Source: Spirochaetia bacterium
Lineage (GTDB): Bacteria; Spirochaetota; Spirochaetia; DSM-2461
Direction of reading: 5' to 3'
DNA: 64,000 nucleotides
NCBI GenBank assembly: GCA_963668315.1
Contig: OY764216.1
Location: 1,440,001-1,504,000 of the forward strand
The notes beneath the pieces are model-generated. The model saw only the letters and a list, made by a program, of their open reading frames with translations, searched no databases and was not told the DNA's origin. Position numbers and translations under genes: made by a program. The first letter of the stretch is position 1. Each line of letters begins with the position of its first letter. Positions 37,158-47,533 of the stretch are shown here, in pieces.

Positions 37158-37922
37158 ATGGATTTATTCAGTTTGAAGGACAACGTTGGATTCGTTACCG
37201 GCGCCGGCAGCGGCATAGGGCAGAGAATAGCAATCGGTCTGGCCGAAGCGGGAGCCCATGTGGCCTGTTTTGACAGAAATGACAGCGAAGGGTTGGAGAA
37301 GACGGTCAAGTCGATTGAAGCCCTGGATCGGAGGGCCCTCAAACTGATCGGCGACGTGACTCTGAAGGATTCACTGGAAGCGGCTCTCTCCCGGGTGGAC
37401 AAGGAGCTGGGAGCTCTTGATGCAGCGGTCAATTGCGCAGGCATCGCCAATGCCAATCCCGCCGAGGAGATGGGGGAGGAGCAGTGGGATACCATGATCA
37501 ATGTCAATCTGAAGGGGATATTTCTGAGCTGCCAGGCCGAGGCGAAAAGAATGCTGGCCAAAGGGTCCGGTTCTATTGTTAATATTGCTTCCATGTCCGG
37601 AGTGATCGTCAACAGGGGGCTGATGCAGGTCCACTACAACAGCGCCAAGGCGGGCGTGATCCATCTGACGAAAAGCTTTGCCATGGAGTGGATAGGGAGG
37701 GGCGTCAGGGTCAACGCCATCAGCCCCGGTTATATTGAAACCCCCATGAATCTGCGGCCGGAAATGAAGGATATCATGGCCGAGTTCGCCGCTTCCACCC
37801 CCATCCAGAGAATAGGGACGGTGGACGAACTGGTCGGACCCGCCGTTTTCCTCTCCAGCAGAGCCGCATCCTTTACCACGGGAGTGAATCTCCTGGTCGA
37901 CGGCGGATACTGCTGCTGGTAG
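37158..37922 (+). CDS. Short-chain dehydrogenase/reductase, probably a polyol/sugar dehydrogenase
   Basis: VTGAGSGIG, NCAGI, ASMSG, YNSAK, VNAISPG, VDGG. Confidence 0.9.
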   Translation: MDLFSLKDNVGFVTGAGSGIGQRIAIGLAEAGAHVACFDRNDSEGLEKTVKSIEALDRRALKLIGDVTLKDSLEAALSRVDKELGALDAAVNCAGIANANPAEEMGEEQWDTMINVNLKGIFLSCQAEAKRMLAKGSGSIVNIASMSGVIVNRGLMQVHYNSAKAGVIHLTKSFAMEWIGRGVRVNAISPGYIETPMNLRPEMKDIMAEFAASTPIQRIGTVDELVGPAVFLSSRAASFTTGVNLLVDGGYCCW

Positions 37923-37937
37923 ACTCTCCGGAGGGGC

Positions 37938-38900
37938 CTACTCTTTGACGCCTCCCGATGTCATGCCTCCGGTCAGATGTTTCTGGATGAGGAGGAACAG
38001 GACGACCACGGGCAGGGCCGTGAGCATGCTGGCCGCCATGATCCTGTCCCAGATGGCGTTCTTGGAGACGAAGAGTGACTTGAGGCCGATGCTCAGGGTG
38101 TAGATGTCCTTATAGGATTTAAGGAAGACCGAAGCGTAGAGATACTCGTTCCAGGCGATCATAAAAGCGTAGATATACACGGTGGCGATAGCCGAGATGC
38201 TCAGGGGGATTATGATTTTCCAGATGGTCTGGAAGTGATTGAGCCCTTCGATAAAGGCGGCTTCCTCAATGGAGAAGGGGATGGTGCGGAAGTAGTTCCC
38301 CAGCATATAGAGGCAGACCGGAAGGGTCTGGACCACATAGATGACGAGTATCGAGAAGACCGTCCCCCCCTGTGTCCCCGCCAGTCCCAGCGCCACGGAA
38401 ACCTTGTACAGGGGAATCAGCAGAAGAATTCCTCCGAACATGTAAACGAACAGAATCCCTCTCTGAATAACCTTGCGGCCCTTATACTCCATACGGGAGA
38501 AGGAATAGGCACCCAGAATGGCTATGACAAGGGATATAAGCGCCGATGTGGAGGCGAAGAGCAGGGAGTTGAGGAAGTACTCTCCGAAGAGGAATACATC
38601 TCCCGTATCCCGGTATTTGGCGATGATCGCCTCCCGCTGTTCCCTTGTCAGGTCGGGTGTTTCCTCCAGAAGGATCCGGACCGACTCGGGGAGATCTTTG
38701 AGATCCTGACCTATTCCCAGAAGTTCGCCGTAGGATTCCCAGTTCAGCTTGAGCGGAATAAGGGAGGGGTTGCCCCAGTCCCAGGGGTATTTCAGGCTGG
38801 TGGAGAGCATCTGAACGAAGGGAAATATGGCGAAGAGGACTATCGCCAGGATAAGGAGGGTGAAGAGTATGTTTTTTATGATTCTATGTTTGGTTACCAT
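37938..38900 (-). CDS. Carbohydrate ABC permease, YcjP/MalG-like (copy 1)
   Basis: IEEAAFIEG EAA loop, AWNEYLYAS, WDRIMAAS, GGVKE; start MVTKH overlaps the upstream stop. Confidence 0.9.
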   Translation of the reverse strand: MVTKHRIIKNILFTLLILAIVLFAIFPFVQMLSTSLKYPWDWGNPSLIPLKLNWESYGELLGIGQDLKDLPESVRILLEETPDLTREQREAIIAKYRDTGDVFLFGEYFLNSLLFASTSALISLVIAILGAYSFSRMEYKGRKVIQRGILFVYMFGGILLLIPLYKVSVALGLAGTQGGTVFSILVIYVVQTLPVCLYMLGNYFRTIPFSIEEAAFIEGLNHFQTIWKIIIPLSISAIATVYIYAFMIAWNEYLYASVFLKSYKDIYTLSIGLKSLFVSKNAIWDRIMAASMLTALPVVVLFLLIQKHLTGGMTSGGVKE

Positions 38901-39760
38901 TTGAGTACCTTCTTTACATAAAGGATGATGAAGGAGATGAGGATAGCGAACTGGATGATCGAAATGGCCGATCCCTGCCCCATGTCCAGAGCGCCGGTGA
39001 ACGCCTTGAAGTAGGTGTAGACGGGCAGGGTTTTCACGTTGTCCGTTAACAGGTAAATGTCCTCGAATTTGTTCATGTTCCAGATGATTCTCATGAGCAC
39101 GATGGAGCCCAGCACGAAGTAGATCTCGGGCAGGGTGATGTAGAAGAACTTCTTGATTCCCGTACAGCCGTCGATTTCGGCGGCTTCGTAGAGATTCTGG
39201 TCTATGGCCTGGAGCCGGGAGAGTATCATCAGATAGGTAAAGGGGAAGTTTTTCCATATGGAGAAGATGATGGCCACCCAGAGGGCGTAACGGGGGGAGC
39301 GGATCAGGTTGAACCGTTCCGGATAGATGGCCCACTGGTCCACCATGAGATGCATGAAGATGCCGTTGACAGGATCGAAGAAAAACTGCCAGGCGAAGAC
39401 GACCGATATGACCGGCGCGATATAGGGGAGAAGCAGAAGGCTGCGGACCAGCCCCTGCCCGGGGAATTCCTTGTTCATGGCCAGGGCGACGATCAGCCCG
39501 AAGAGGGTGGTTCCCGCGGTGGTGAAAAGGACGTAAAGGGCGGTGGTCAGGAAGGCCCGCCAGAATTCGATGTCCGTAATGACATCGGCATAGTTGGAAA
39601 GGCCTATATAGAGGCTCTCTCCCGAGAGTTTGACATCGTGGAAACTCAGGTAGAGATTATAGATGACCGGGTAGATGATGAGCAGACCGATAATAATTAC
39701 GGCCGGAGCGATAAGCCGGACCCCCAGCTTCGCCTGCTGTTGCTGAAGTGTTCCTTTCAT
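38894..39760 (-). CDS. Carbohydrate ABC permease, YcjO/MalF-like (copy 1)
   Basis: WQFFFDPVNG, WKNFPF, LYEAAEIDG, ITLP. Confidence 0.9.
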   Translation of the reverse strand: MKGTLQQQQAKLGVRLIAPAVIIIGLLIIYPVIYNLYLSFHDVKLSGESLYIGLSNYADVITDIEFWRAFLTTALYVLFTTAGTTLFGLIVALAMNKEFPGQGLVRSLLLLPYIAPVISVVFAWQFFFDPVNGIFMHLMVDQWAIYPERFNLIRSPRYALWVAIIFSIWKNFPFTYLMILSRLQAIDQNLYEAAEIDGCTGIKKFFYITLPEIYFVLGSIVLMRIIWNMNKFEDIYLLTDNVKTLPVYTYFKAFTGALDMGQGSAISIIQFAILISFIILYVKKVLKW

Positions 39761-39778
39761 GGAAAGCTCCCTTTTTTA

Positions 39779-39877
39779 GAATGAAGAGTTAGGAATGAAG
39801 AGTTGAGAATGGGGAAACCATGGATTTCAAGGATATCCGCGCACATCCGTGCTTTCCCCATCCGTGCTGATCCGTGC
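39779..39877. repeat. Short direct-repeat cluster with hairpin
   Basis: GAATGAAGAGTT x2, ATCCG(C/T)GC x4, stem ATGGGGAAA/TTTCCCCAT. Confidence 0.6.
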
Positions 39878-39879
39878 GT

Positions 39880-41247
39880 CTATTCGACTTTTTCCATTTC
39901 CTTTTCGGCCCAGTCCATGGCGCTGTCCACGTCCATTCCTTCCTGGGTGATTTTATAGATCATCTGGGGAATAATCTGCTGGGCGTAAACCTTGCTGGCC
40001 TTTTCAATTCTGTTTCCTTCCACAATGGAGAAGGTCTCAATGCTGTCCATCCCCTCGATAATTTCGGCCATTTTTTCGGCGCCGTAGTGCTTGAAAATAC
40101 CGTTGGGATCGTTCTGGAAACGGGGATTGGTGGAGATCTCCTTAAGGGCCGGGTTCATGCCGCCCGGTGCCATATGGAGGAACGTGATGTAGGCGTTCTG
40201 CGTATAGAGGTAGCGGAGGAATGCCTTGGCCGCATTGGTTACGGCGGGGTCTTCCTGTTTCAGGAGGGCCATGGAGACGACGGTTCCGTAGCCGGCGGGT
40301 TTCTTCCTGGTGATAAGGGAGGCCATCTTCGTGTTGTTGACCAGTTCGGGATCGAAGGTGGAGCCTTCCAGATCGGCAAAATTCTCCGCAGTCAGTGAAC
40401 CGGCGGCGGCGTCCTGGAGGGCCAGATCATCCATGATGTAGGTGGAGTAGAAGAACATGGCCATCTTGCCCTGGATATAGTAGTCGCGGGCACGCCAGGT
40501 CTGCGGTCCGGGAGGGTTGTATTTCGCCAGTTCGGCATAGTATTCCACGGTTTCCCGCATGGCGGGAGAGTTGAAGATCAGCTTGCCGTTTTTATCGTAG
40601 AGCTGGGCGCCGTTGGACAGGGCGAACTGGGTAAAGCACTGCTCCGTGTAGGCTTCGGCGGTGGTCCCCACCAGGATTCCGTACTGATTCTGGGCGGGCT
40701 TGTAGAAATATTCGGCGGCCTTGAGAATATTCTCCCAGGTATTGGGAGGCTCCAGCCCGGCTTTTTCAAACCAGTCGGCCCTGTACCAGATACCCTGGAC
40801 CCAGCCGTGGTAGGGAAGGGCGTAGTATTCCCCCGAACCGCTCTGAAGCAGTTTGAGGGTTCCCGCATAGAATTTATCCTTGCCGATTTCATTCAGAAGG
40901 GATTCGTTGGCTTTCGTATCCATAATCCCTTCGGCTCCGAAGGAGACGGCCGTTTCCGAACCGGCTTCGATGAGGGGAGGCAGATTTCCCGCGGCAGAGG
41001 CGGCCTGGATCTGCCCGGCCATATCGTTTTCATCTACGGGAATGACATTTATGGAAACATCCGGGTTGATGGCTGTATAAGTGTCTACCAGAACCTGTAT
41101 GGTGGCCAGCCTGTCCGACTGGGTCTCCGTTGTCCAGAATTCGAACTCCACCGGCCCGGCGGCGGTTTTGTCCTCTTCTCCCCCGTTGGCGAAGATAAAG
41201 GGAAGCGCCAGGGTCAACATAAAGGTCAGGATTAAGATCCGTTTCAT
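39880..41247 (-). CDS. Carbohydrate ABC substrate-binding protein, YcjN-like
   Basis: Spirochaete-type signal IFANG, FWTTE, WVQGIWYRADWF, PPNTWE, MFFYSTYI. Confidence 0.9.
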   Translation of the reverse strand: MKRILILTFMLTLALPFIFANGGEEDKTAAGPVEFEFWTTETQSDRLATIQVLVDTYTAINPDVSINVIPVDENDMAGQIQAASAAGNLPPLIEAGSETAVSFGAEGIMDTKANESLLNEIGKDKFYAGTLKLLQSGSGEYYALPYHGWVQGIWYRADWFEKAGLEPPNTWENILKAAEYFYKPAQNQYGILVGTTAEAYTEQCFTQFALSNGAQLYDKNGKLIFNSPAMRETVEYYAELAKYNPPGPQTWRARDYYIQGKMAMFFYSTYIMDDLALQDAAAGSLTAENFADLEGSTFDPELVNNTKMASLITRKKPAGYGTVVSMALLKQEDPAVTNAAKAFLRYLYTQNAYITFLHMAPGGMNPALKEISTNPRFQNDPNGIFKHYGAEKMAEIIEGMDSIETFSIVEGNRIEKASKVYAQQIIPQMIYKITQEGMDVDSAMDWAEKEMEKVE

Positions 41248-41279
41248 AAACAACTCCTTAGAATATAGAATTATATTTT

Positions 41280-41346
41280 ATTCTAGAAGTGATACCCGGG
41301 GGCGGGCAATATCAGGGAAGTACCGGAGAAGTACCAAAAAAGTACC
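41280..41346 (-). promoter_or_regulatory. Promoter of SBP operon with three upstream direct repeats
   Basis: TTGCCC-18-TAGAAT; AAGTACC x3 at an 11-bp period (41318, 41329, 41340). Confidence 0.6.
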
Positions 41347-41362
41347 ATCGATGATCGGCAAA

Positions 41363-42070
41363 TCAGCTGTCCATCAGATGGTGGCACCACTCTTTCAGCC
41401 GGGGGTCGCCGGCGGCCTTCATGGCATTCATCCTGTCGTGGATATTCAGTTTCTCATAGATATGGGCGATATGGTTTTTTACCGTCTGGAGGGCGATGAA
41501 GAGGCGGTCGCTGATCTCCTGGTTGTCGTAGCCCCGGGAAAGCAGAAAGAGAACGTCCCTCTCCCTGCTCGAGAGAAGGTCCAGATCGTAACGGCGGTTA
41601 TCTCCTCCCCGTTCCTCCCCGGCCGTTTCCGCTGCGGTCTCTTCCCTGGGTGAGATCAGCTTGGCTATGAGGGAAGGGGTGATCAGGGCCTGGCCCATGT
41701 TCAGGGCTTTTATGGCTTGAATCAGATTCTCCGTCGAGGTGTTTTTAAGGATATACCCGGCGGCTCCCCCCGCCAGGGCGTCATGGACATAGATATCGTC
41801 GTCGAAGGTGGTAAGCATCATGATTTTGATATCCGGATACTTCCGGTGAATGAGAACGGTGGCTTCCACTCCGTCCATTTCGGGCATGCGCACATCCATG
41901 AGGATGATGTCGGGCTTCTCCCTTTCCACCTCTTCCAGGGCCTGCCTGCCGTTCTCGGCAATAGCTATGACGGAGAAAGAGGGATCGCTTATCTCCAGAA
42001 TGACTTTGAGATTCTCCACGAAAAGCTTCTGGTCGTCCACAAGCAGAAGCCGGATACTATCCGATGCCAT
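41363..42070 (-). CDS. NarL/LuxR-family response regulator
   Basis: LLVDDQ, LMDVRMP, LTTFDD, LSSRERDVL, IALQTVKNHI. Confidence 0.95.
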   Translation of the reverse strand: MASDSIRLLLVDDQKLFVENLKVILEISDPSFSVIAIAENGRQALEEVEREKPDIILMDVRMPEMDGVEATVLIHRKYPDIKIMMLTTFDDDIYVHDALAGGAAGYILKNTSTENLIQAIKALNMGQALITPSLIAKLISPREETAAETAGEERGGDNRRYDLDLLSSRERDVLFLLSRGYDNQEISDRLFIALQTVKNHIAHIYEKLNIHDRMNAMKAAGDPRLKEWCHHLMDS

Positions 42071-43259
42071 TGCCATCCTCCCCGCTGTCCAGGGGGATAA
42101 AAGCCCTTACCTGGAAGCCTTCTATCCCGTTGCCGTACTCCACCGAACCGCCGATACTTTCGAGCCGCTCCCGCATTCCCGCCAGTCCGAGGCCTTCCTT
42201 CACCGAGGGGGCCCCCTTGCCGTTATCGCGGATGAGTACGGAAAGCTGATTGTCGTCCCGCCAGAACATGATATCTATCTTCCCCGCCATGCCGTGGCGG
42301 AAGGAGTTGGTCATGGCTTCCTGTATCGTTCTGTATACTATCTTATCAATTTCAGGGGGAAACTGGGAAGGGGCCTCTCCGAATTCCAGGCTCACCGCAA
42401 TGCCCGTGGATGATTCGAAGGCTCTGATGAGGCGGTTGATGGCAGTCAGTCCCCGGTAATCCGGTTCTTCCCGTCCCCTCAGTTCCCTCATGGCGATCCG
42501 GGTCTCCTCCAGACAGGTGCGGGTCTCCTCCATCGCCCTCAAAATCAGTTTCTTCGCTTCCTCCGGTCTTCGTTCAATCTGTATGGCCCCCGCTTCCAGC
42601 ATGACCCGTACATTGGTCAGGGCGTACCCTACCGAATCGTGTATTTCACGGGAAATCCTCCGCCGTTCTTCCTCCAGAGTTCTTGTCTCGAGCTGTTTGG
42701 CATAGTTCTGATATCCCAGATTGGCTTCGATAAGACGGGAGGCGGCCAGATCCAGACGGCGGTTCAGCTCCTGTTGTTCCGCCTGTTTCTGCTGCTGCTT
42801 TCTGATCAGGCAGGCCGTCTGGCCTGAAAGAAGGGGCAGGAAAAGGAGAATGAGCAGATCGGGGAAGGCGGCCCCCTGTACGGGGAGATGGAAGGCCGAG
42901 CGGTTCTGCTGGAAGAAGAGCAGGGGAAGGAGGACCGCCACGGAGAGAAAACGCCCCCAGGGCAGGGGGATAAACAGGGCCGACTCCACCGCCAGACCGA
43001 TCATGAGCATTGTGCCTATCCAGATATAGTGGCCCGTGGGATAGGCTATAAGGAGAATGAGAAGCAGCCGGAAGAGAATCAGGGGCAGCCGGTTCCTGGT
43101 GCGGATGATGAGCAGGGAGGCTGCCAGGGAGAGGCAGAGGAGTAGATGGAACTGCCAGAGAAATCCCCCGTAGATGATTTGCGGCGCCGAGCTGGTATGA
43201 AACTGGATCAGGGCCAGGCCGTGGAGGATGATCGTGAAGAGGGAAAGTGTCCTTTTCAT
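42057..43259 (-). CDS. HisKA_3 (NarX/DesK-type) membrane histidine kinase
   Basis: Several N-terminal TMs, EERRRISREIHDSVG, QEAMTNSFRHG, DNGKG, GLGLAGMRER. Confidence 0.93.
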   Translation of the reverse strand: MKRTLSLFTIILHGLALIQFHTSSAPQIIYGGFLWQFHLLLCLSLAASLLIIRTRNRLPLILFRLLLILLIAYPTGHYIWIGTMLMIGLAVESALFIPLPWGRFLSVAVLLPLLFFQQNRSAFHLPVQGAAFPDLLILLFLPLLSGQTACLIRKQQQKQAEQQELNRRLDLAASRLIEANLGYQNYAKQLETRTLEEERRRISREIHDSVGYALTNVRVMLEAGAIQIERRPEEAKKLILRAMEETRTCLEETRIAMRELRGREEPDYRGLTAINRLIRAFESSTGIAVSLEFGEAPSQFPPEIDKIVYRTIQEAMTNSFRHGMAGKIDIMFWRDDNQLSVLIRDNGKGAPSVKEGLGLAGMRERLESIGGSVEYGNGIEGFQVRAFIPLDSGEDGNGIG

Positions 43260-44194
43260 TCCTTGATCCCCTCGGAGAAGCCCCTGTCCAGATTTTTCTG
43301 GATGGACCAGAACAGGATGATGACGGGAAGAGCCGTCAGGACGGAGGCGGCCATGATCCTGTCCCAGACGGCGTTCTTGGAATAAAAGAGAAAGCGGATC
43401 CCCAGGGAGAGGGTATGCAGGCGGGGGTAGCTCCTCAAGAAGACGGAGGCGAAGAGGTAGTCGTTCCAGACGATGATGAAGCAGTAGATGAAAACGGTGA
43501 CCAGGGCGGTCCGCGAGAGGGGGACGATGATAAAGGCGAGAATGCCCAGCCGGCTCAGCCCGTCTATCCGGCCCGCGTCATCCAGAGTGGCGGGTATGGC
43601 CCTGATGTAATTGCCCAGGAGGTAGAGGGCCACGGGAATGACCTGGACGATGTAGATGGCCAGCAGGGTTATCATAGTTCCCGGAGGTGTGCGCAGGAGT
43701 CCGGCGGCGGTGCTCATCCTGTACAGGGGGACGACAAGAAGAACGCCCCCGAGAAGGTAGACGATAAGAACCGCCCGGTTGAAGAAACCCTTTTCAGGAA
43801 ATTTCAGCCGGCCCAGGGCATAGGCGCCCATCATGGCCAGACACATCGCCGTCAGGGCGGAGGTAAAGGCCAGGACGAAGGAATTCCGGAAATAGAGGCC
43901 GAAGGGAAAGATATCGGAAGCCTCCTTATAACGGTCGAGAATCCTTTTCTTCTGATGGCCGTTCAGGCCGGATTCCTCCAGGAGATGCTCCATGATGGGG
44001 TAGGGCTCCCTCACGTTTCTCTTCGGATTCAGAAGCTCCCCGTAGGCATCGGTATTGACGATGTCCGGAATCAGGCGGGGGTTTCCCCACTCCCAGGAGT
44101 ATTTGAAACTTACGGAGAGCATCTGGATAAAGGGGAGGAGGCAGAAAAGGAGAAGCAGAATGACCGACAGGGCGAACAGGATCTTTTTCACCAT
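43256..44194 (-). CDS. Carbohydrate ABC permease, YcjP-like (copy 2)
   Basis: PFIQMLS.S.KY.W.WGNP and SKNAVWDRIMAAS shared with copy 1; EAA loop reads LDDAGRIDG. Confidence 0.88.
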   Translation of the reverse strand: MVKKILFALSVILLLLFCLLPFIQMLSVSFKYSWEWGNPRLIPDIVNTDAYGELLNPKRNVREPYPIMEHLLEESGLNGHQKKRILDRYKEASDIFPFGLYFRNSFVLAFTSALTAMCLAMMGAYALGRLKFPEKGFFNRAVLIVYLLGGVLLVVPLYRMSTAAGLLRTPPGTMITLLAIYIVQVIPVALYLLGNYIRAIPATLDDAGRIDGLSRLGILAFIIVPLSRTALVTVFIYCFIIVWNDYLFASVFLRSYPRLHTLSLGIRFLFYSKNAVWDRIMAASVLTALPVIILFWSIQKNLDRGFSEGIKE

Positions 44195-45042
44195 CCCATG
44201 ACCCTTTTCACGTAGACCGATATATAGAGCGCCATTATCAGGAACTGAATGACGGCCAGGGCGGCGGCCGGTCCCATCTCCATGGCGCCGGTGAAAGCCG
44301 TATAGTATGTATGGATCGGCAGAGTCCTCAAGTGGGGCGCGAGCAGATAGATTTCGTCGAATTTACTGAAATTCCAGATAAAACGGATAAGGGAGAGAGC
44401 CGACGTGATGAAGAGGATCTCCGGTAAGGTGATATAGAGGAATTTATGCCAGGGACCTGCCCCGTCCACTCCCGCCGCGTCGTAAAGAGAGCGGTCGATA
44501 ACCTGGAGGCGGGAAAGAACGAGGAGGGCGGTGAAGGGGAAATTCCGCCAGATGCTGAAAAGGACGATAAAGAAGACAGGAGCCTCGGACATGAGGTTGA
44601 ACCGGGAAGGGAAGAGGCCTGTCCTCTCCACGAGGAAATCGATGAAGAGCCCGTTAACCGGATCGAAGAAGAACTGCCAGGAGTACACTTCCGAGATAAG
44701 GGGAGAGGCATAGGGGAGAAGGACCACGGCCAGAACCAGGCGTCGTCCGGGAAAAGGCCTGTTCAGCTGCAGGGCCACCGCCACTCCGAAGAGGGTTGTT
44801 CCCAGGGTGGTTCCCGCCGTATAGAGAAGAGTCACTCCCAGGGAGCGCCAGAAAACCCCGTCGGCCAAAAGGTACGCCATGTTGTCCAGCCCCGTGAAGC
44901 TGTCTTTTCCGGAGAGGGACACATCAAAAAAAGAGAGATAAAGGGTATAGAGGACAGGGTAGAGAGAAAGGAGGGATATGATAATCAGGGAAGGAAGAAT
45001 AAAGAGACGGCCTGTCCTGGCTTCCCTTTCCGGAATGGTCAT
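44188..45042 (-). CDS. Carbohydrate ABC permease, YcjO-like (copy 2)
   Basis: WQFFFDPVNG, WRNFPF and AFTGA shared with copy 1; EAA loop LYDAAGVDG; ATG 6 nt after TATAAT. Confidence 0.88.
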   Translation of the reverse strand: MTIPEREARTGRLFILPSLIIISLLSLYPVLYTLYLSFFDVSLSGKDSFTGLDNMAYLLADGVFWRSLGVTLLYTAGTTLGTTLFGVAVALQLNRPFPGRRLVLAVVLLPYASPLISEVYSWQFFFDPVNGLFIDFLVERTGLFPSRFNLMSEAPVFFIVLFSIWRNFPFTALLVLSRLQVIDRSLYDAAGVDGAGPWHKFLYITLPEILFITSALSLIRFIWNFSKFDEIYLLAPHLRTLPIHTYYTAFTGAMEMGPAAALAVIQFLIMALYISVYVKRVMGW

Positions 45043-45115
45043 ACTTTCATTATAGGGGGAATTCACCACAAGGCAAGGAAAAAAGAAAACGCCTATTCCC
45101 CTTATCGCAGACGAC

Positions 45116-45136
45116 GGGGCGGTTCATGACCGCCCC
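45116..45136. terminator. Hairpin after the MCP gene
   Basis: GGGGCGGT-tcatg-ACCGCCCC. Confidence 0.5.
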
Positions 45137-45143
45137 TTTACCG

Positions 45144-47348
45144 TCACTCCGTTTTAAACTGGCCGAAATTGCGTTTGAGATCGGCGACGATTTCGGTGAG
45201 TTTTTCTATCTGATCCACCATATGCTGCATGGATTTGTTGATCTCCCTGACTCCCGCGGTGGATTCGGTCATCCCCGTGGTCACCACATTGGAAATATCC
45301 TTGACCGTTGAGGAGTTCTCCAGGATAAGGCGCGTCCCTTCCTTGATCTCCTTGGAGCCGTTCCTGATGCTTATGGTCACATTGTTGATCTGGGTGGTGG
45401 ATTCCAGAATCTGTTTTCCCCCCTGGTTGAGTTCCGCCACGGATTGTTCTATCTCGGAGAAGGCATTCACCGTATCATTGACTTCCAGGACAATCTTCTC
45501 GAACGCTTGTGAGGTGACTTCCACGTTTCTGTCCGTTTCCGCTACCGAAGCTGTCACATCCTTGATCACCTGGGTTATTCTTTTTGACGACTCTCCCGAG
45601 GAATCGGCCAGCTTCCGGATCTCCTCGGCCACTACGGCGAATCCCCGCCCGGCGTCGCCCGCATGGGCCGCCTCGATGGCGGCATTCATGGACAGGAGGT
45701 TCGTCCGGGCGGCTATGCCGGAAATCGTCGAAGCCATATCCTGTATCTGTTTGATATTCTCCACCACCGTCTTGAAGGCTTCCGAGGTGGAGGATATCTT
45801 CTCCTTTCCCTCCTGGGCCACACTGGTCAGGGCTTTGGTCGTTTCCCTCTTGTTCTGGGCAACGGCGTTGACATTGTTCAGGGAGGCTATCATCTGAGTG
45901 ATGGCCGCTGTCGATTCCTCCACCATGGCGGACTGATCGAGAATCTGGTCATCCATGGAGCCGATATTGCCCGTCATCTGCTCCAGGGCCGAGGCGCTTT
46001 CCGAAAGGCTGTCATCCAGGGAGACCATCTGCTTCTTGATGGATTCCAGATTGGCGCCGATCTGCTCTACCGAACTGGAGGTCTCTTCCGTGGAGGCGGC
46101 GACGTCCTGACGGACTTCATCGGTTTCATCTATGACTTTTTTCACATCCTCCATAAGGAGCCGGAGCTTATTGACAAATTCATTAAAGGAGGAGGCCACC
46201 TGGCCTATCTCATTCTGCGATCTTACCGGGATGGATACGGTCAGGTCCGCATCGGCCGCCGCCAGATCGCCCAGTTTCGTACCTACCGCCGTCAGAGGCT
46301 TGATGATGATCCGGTTGTAGATGAAGAATACGGCCAGCTGCATGATCAGAAACATGGAGATAAATACGATGAAAGGCGGGAAAATACTGTTTCTTATCCT
46401 CCGGTATATTTCCGCCCGTGAGGAGCCCACAATGATTCCCCAGCGCGTATTTCCGATCTGCTGTGACTGAAGCATGGCGGTGCCGGCATAGGAGTTCCCC
46501 AGGAAGAAATACTCGCGGTTCTTCGCCAGAGCCTCTATGACTTCCGGATAGGTCTCCTCATCATAGCCGAGGTCTGCGGCCAGGTCTTCCAGAAGCACCT
46601 GTTTATCGGGATCGAAGAAATAATCCCCCTCCGGTGAGGGATTCCAGATAAGGTACCGGCCCTGTCGGTCGTACATGGTAATTCGCACCTGGTACTCATC
46701 TATCAGTTCCCTCATTATGGCAACGATGGGATCCAGGACATAGTTCAGGCAGATCACCCCCGAGGGATAGCCGTTTTCGTCCCTGACGGCCATGGCAGCG
46801 GTTATGACTATTTTCGGTTCGGCAGTCTGCTCCGCCGAGATTCGCGGATCGCTTATGACCACACTCCCCACATCGGCCAGGGCGGCCTTATAGTAGTCCC
46901 TTCCTCTCACATCGAAGCCTTCGGCCAGCTGAACGTCCCGCCCCAGAAGCAGGCCCCCCGTATCCCTGGCGGCGGCGAAGACCAGATCGGCGCTGGTATT
47001 TTTCGAAACCAGGGACATGAGGTCCCGAACCCTTTCCGCACCCTCAAGAGCCAGAAAGTCATCATTATCCAGACCGTCGGGAAGGGTATCCATCAGTTTC
47101 ACGAGGGAGATGAGTTCCGGATTGACCGAAAGATTTCGGAGGATTTCAAAACTTTCCGATAACTCCAGGGATATCTGAGCCTGAATATTGTGGGAATCGG
47201 AGAGGAGCTGCGTCTGCTCCTTCTCATATAACATGCCCGACTGGGAGTAGGCTATATAGACGGTGAAAAGACAGGTGATCACCAGCGGTACTATTACCGA
47301 GAACAGTATGATTTTCCCCTTGACGGATTCTTTGTTTTGCTGTGCCAT
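45144..47348 (-). CDS. Methyl-accepting chemotaxis protein with Cache-type sensor
   Basis: [17 protein letters not shown] ([11 protein letters not shown]), [34 protein letters not shown]. Confidence 0.95.
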   Translation of the reverse strand: MAQQNKESVKGKIILFSVIVPLVITCLFTVYIAYSQSGMLYEKEQTQLLSDSHNIQAQISLELSESFEILRNLSVNPELISLVKLMDTLPDGLDNDDFLALEGAERVRDLMSLVSKNTSADLVFAAARDTGGLLLGRDVQLAEGFDVRGRDYYKAALADVGSVVISDPRISAEQTAEPKIVITAAMAVRDENGYPSGVICLNYVLDPIVAIMRELIDEYQVRITMYDRQGRYLIWNPSPEGDYFFDPDKQVLLEDLAADLGYDEETYPEVIEALAKNREYFFLGNSYAGTAMLQSQQIGNTRWGIIVGSSRAEIYRRIRNSIFPPFIVFISMFLIMQLAVFFIYNRIIIKPLTAVGTKLGDLAAADADLTVSIPVRSQNEIGQVASSFNEFVNKLRLLMEDVKKVIDETDEVRQDVAASTEETSSSVEQIGANLESIKKQMVSLDDSLSESASALEQMTGNIGSMDDQILDQSAMVEESTAAITQMIASLNNVNAVAQNKRETTKALTSVAQEGKEKISSTSEAFKTVVENIKQIQDMASTISGIAARTNLLSMNAAIEAAHAGDAGRGFAVVAEEIRKLADSSGESSKRITQVIKDVTASVAETDRNVEVTSQAFEKIVLEVNDTVNAFSEIEQSVAELNQGGKQILESTTQINNVTISIRNGSKEIKEGTRLILENSSTVKDISNVVTTGMTESTAGVREINKSMQHMVDQIEKLTEIVADLKRNFGQFKTE

Positions 47349-47533
47349 GATTAAAGTCCTTTTATGAAATGATTCTAGTTCTATTGTAGTTTAACACGGC
47401 CGGGGAAGCAAATTTTGCTTATGCCCTTTCTTTCTGGCATCGGATGTTTTATAATTAATTATGGAGAGGCCCTGATAAGTGCCTTGCCGAGACGCATCAG
47501 GCCTCCCCCAGTTTTACCTGATAGGAGGCACCC

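Noticed and set aside
38901..39335. N-terminal extension of the 465-aa permease ORF
   Set aside because: Overlaps the upstream permease in another frame; the real start is ATG 38900
39779..39877. CRISPR array
   Set aside because: Repeats are 8-12 bp without unique spacers; no cas genes in the window
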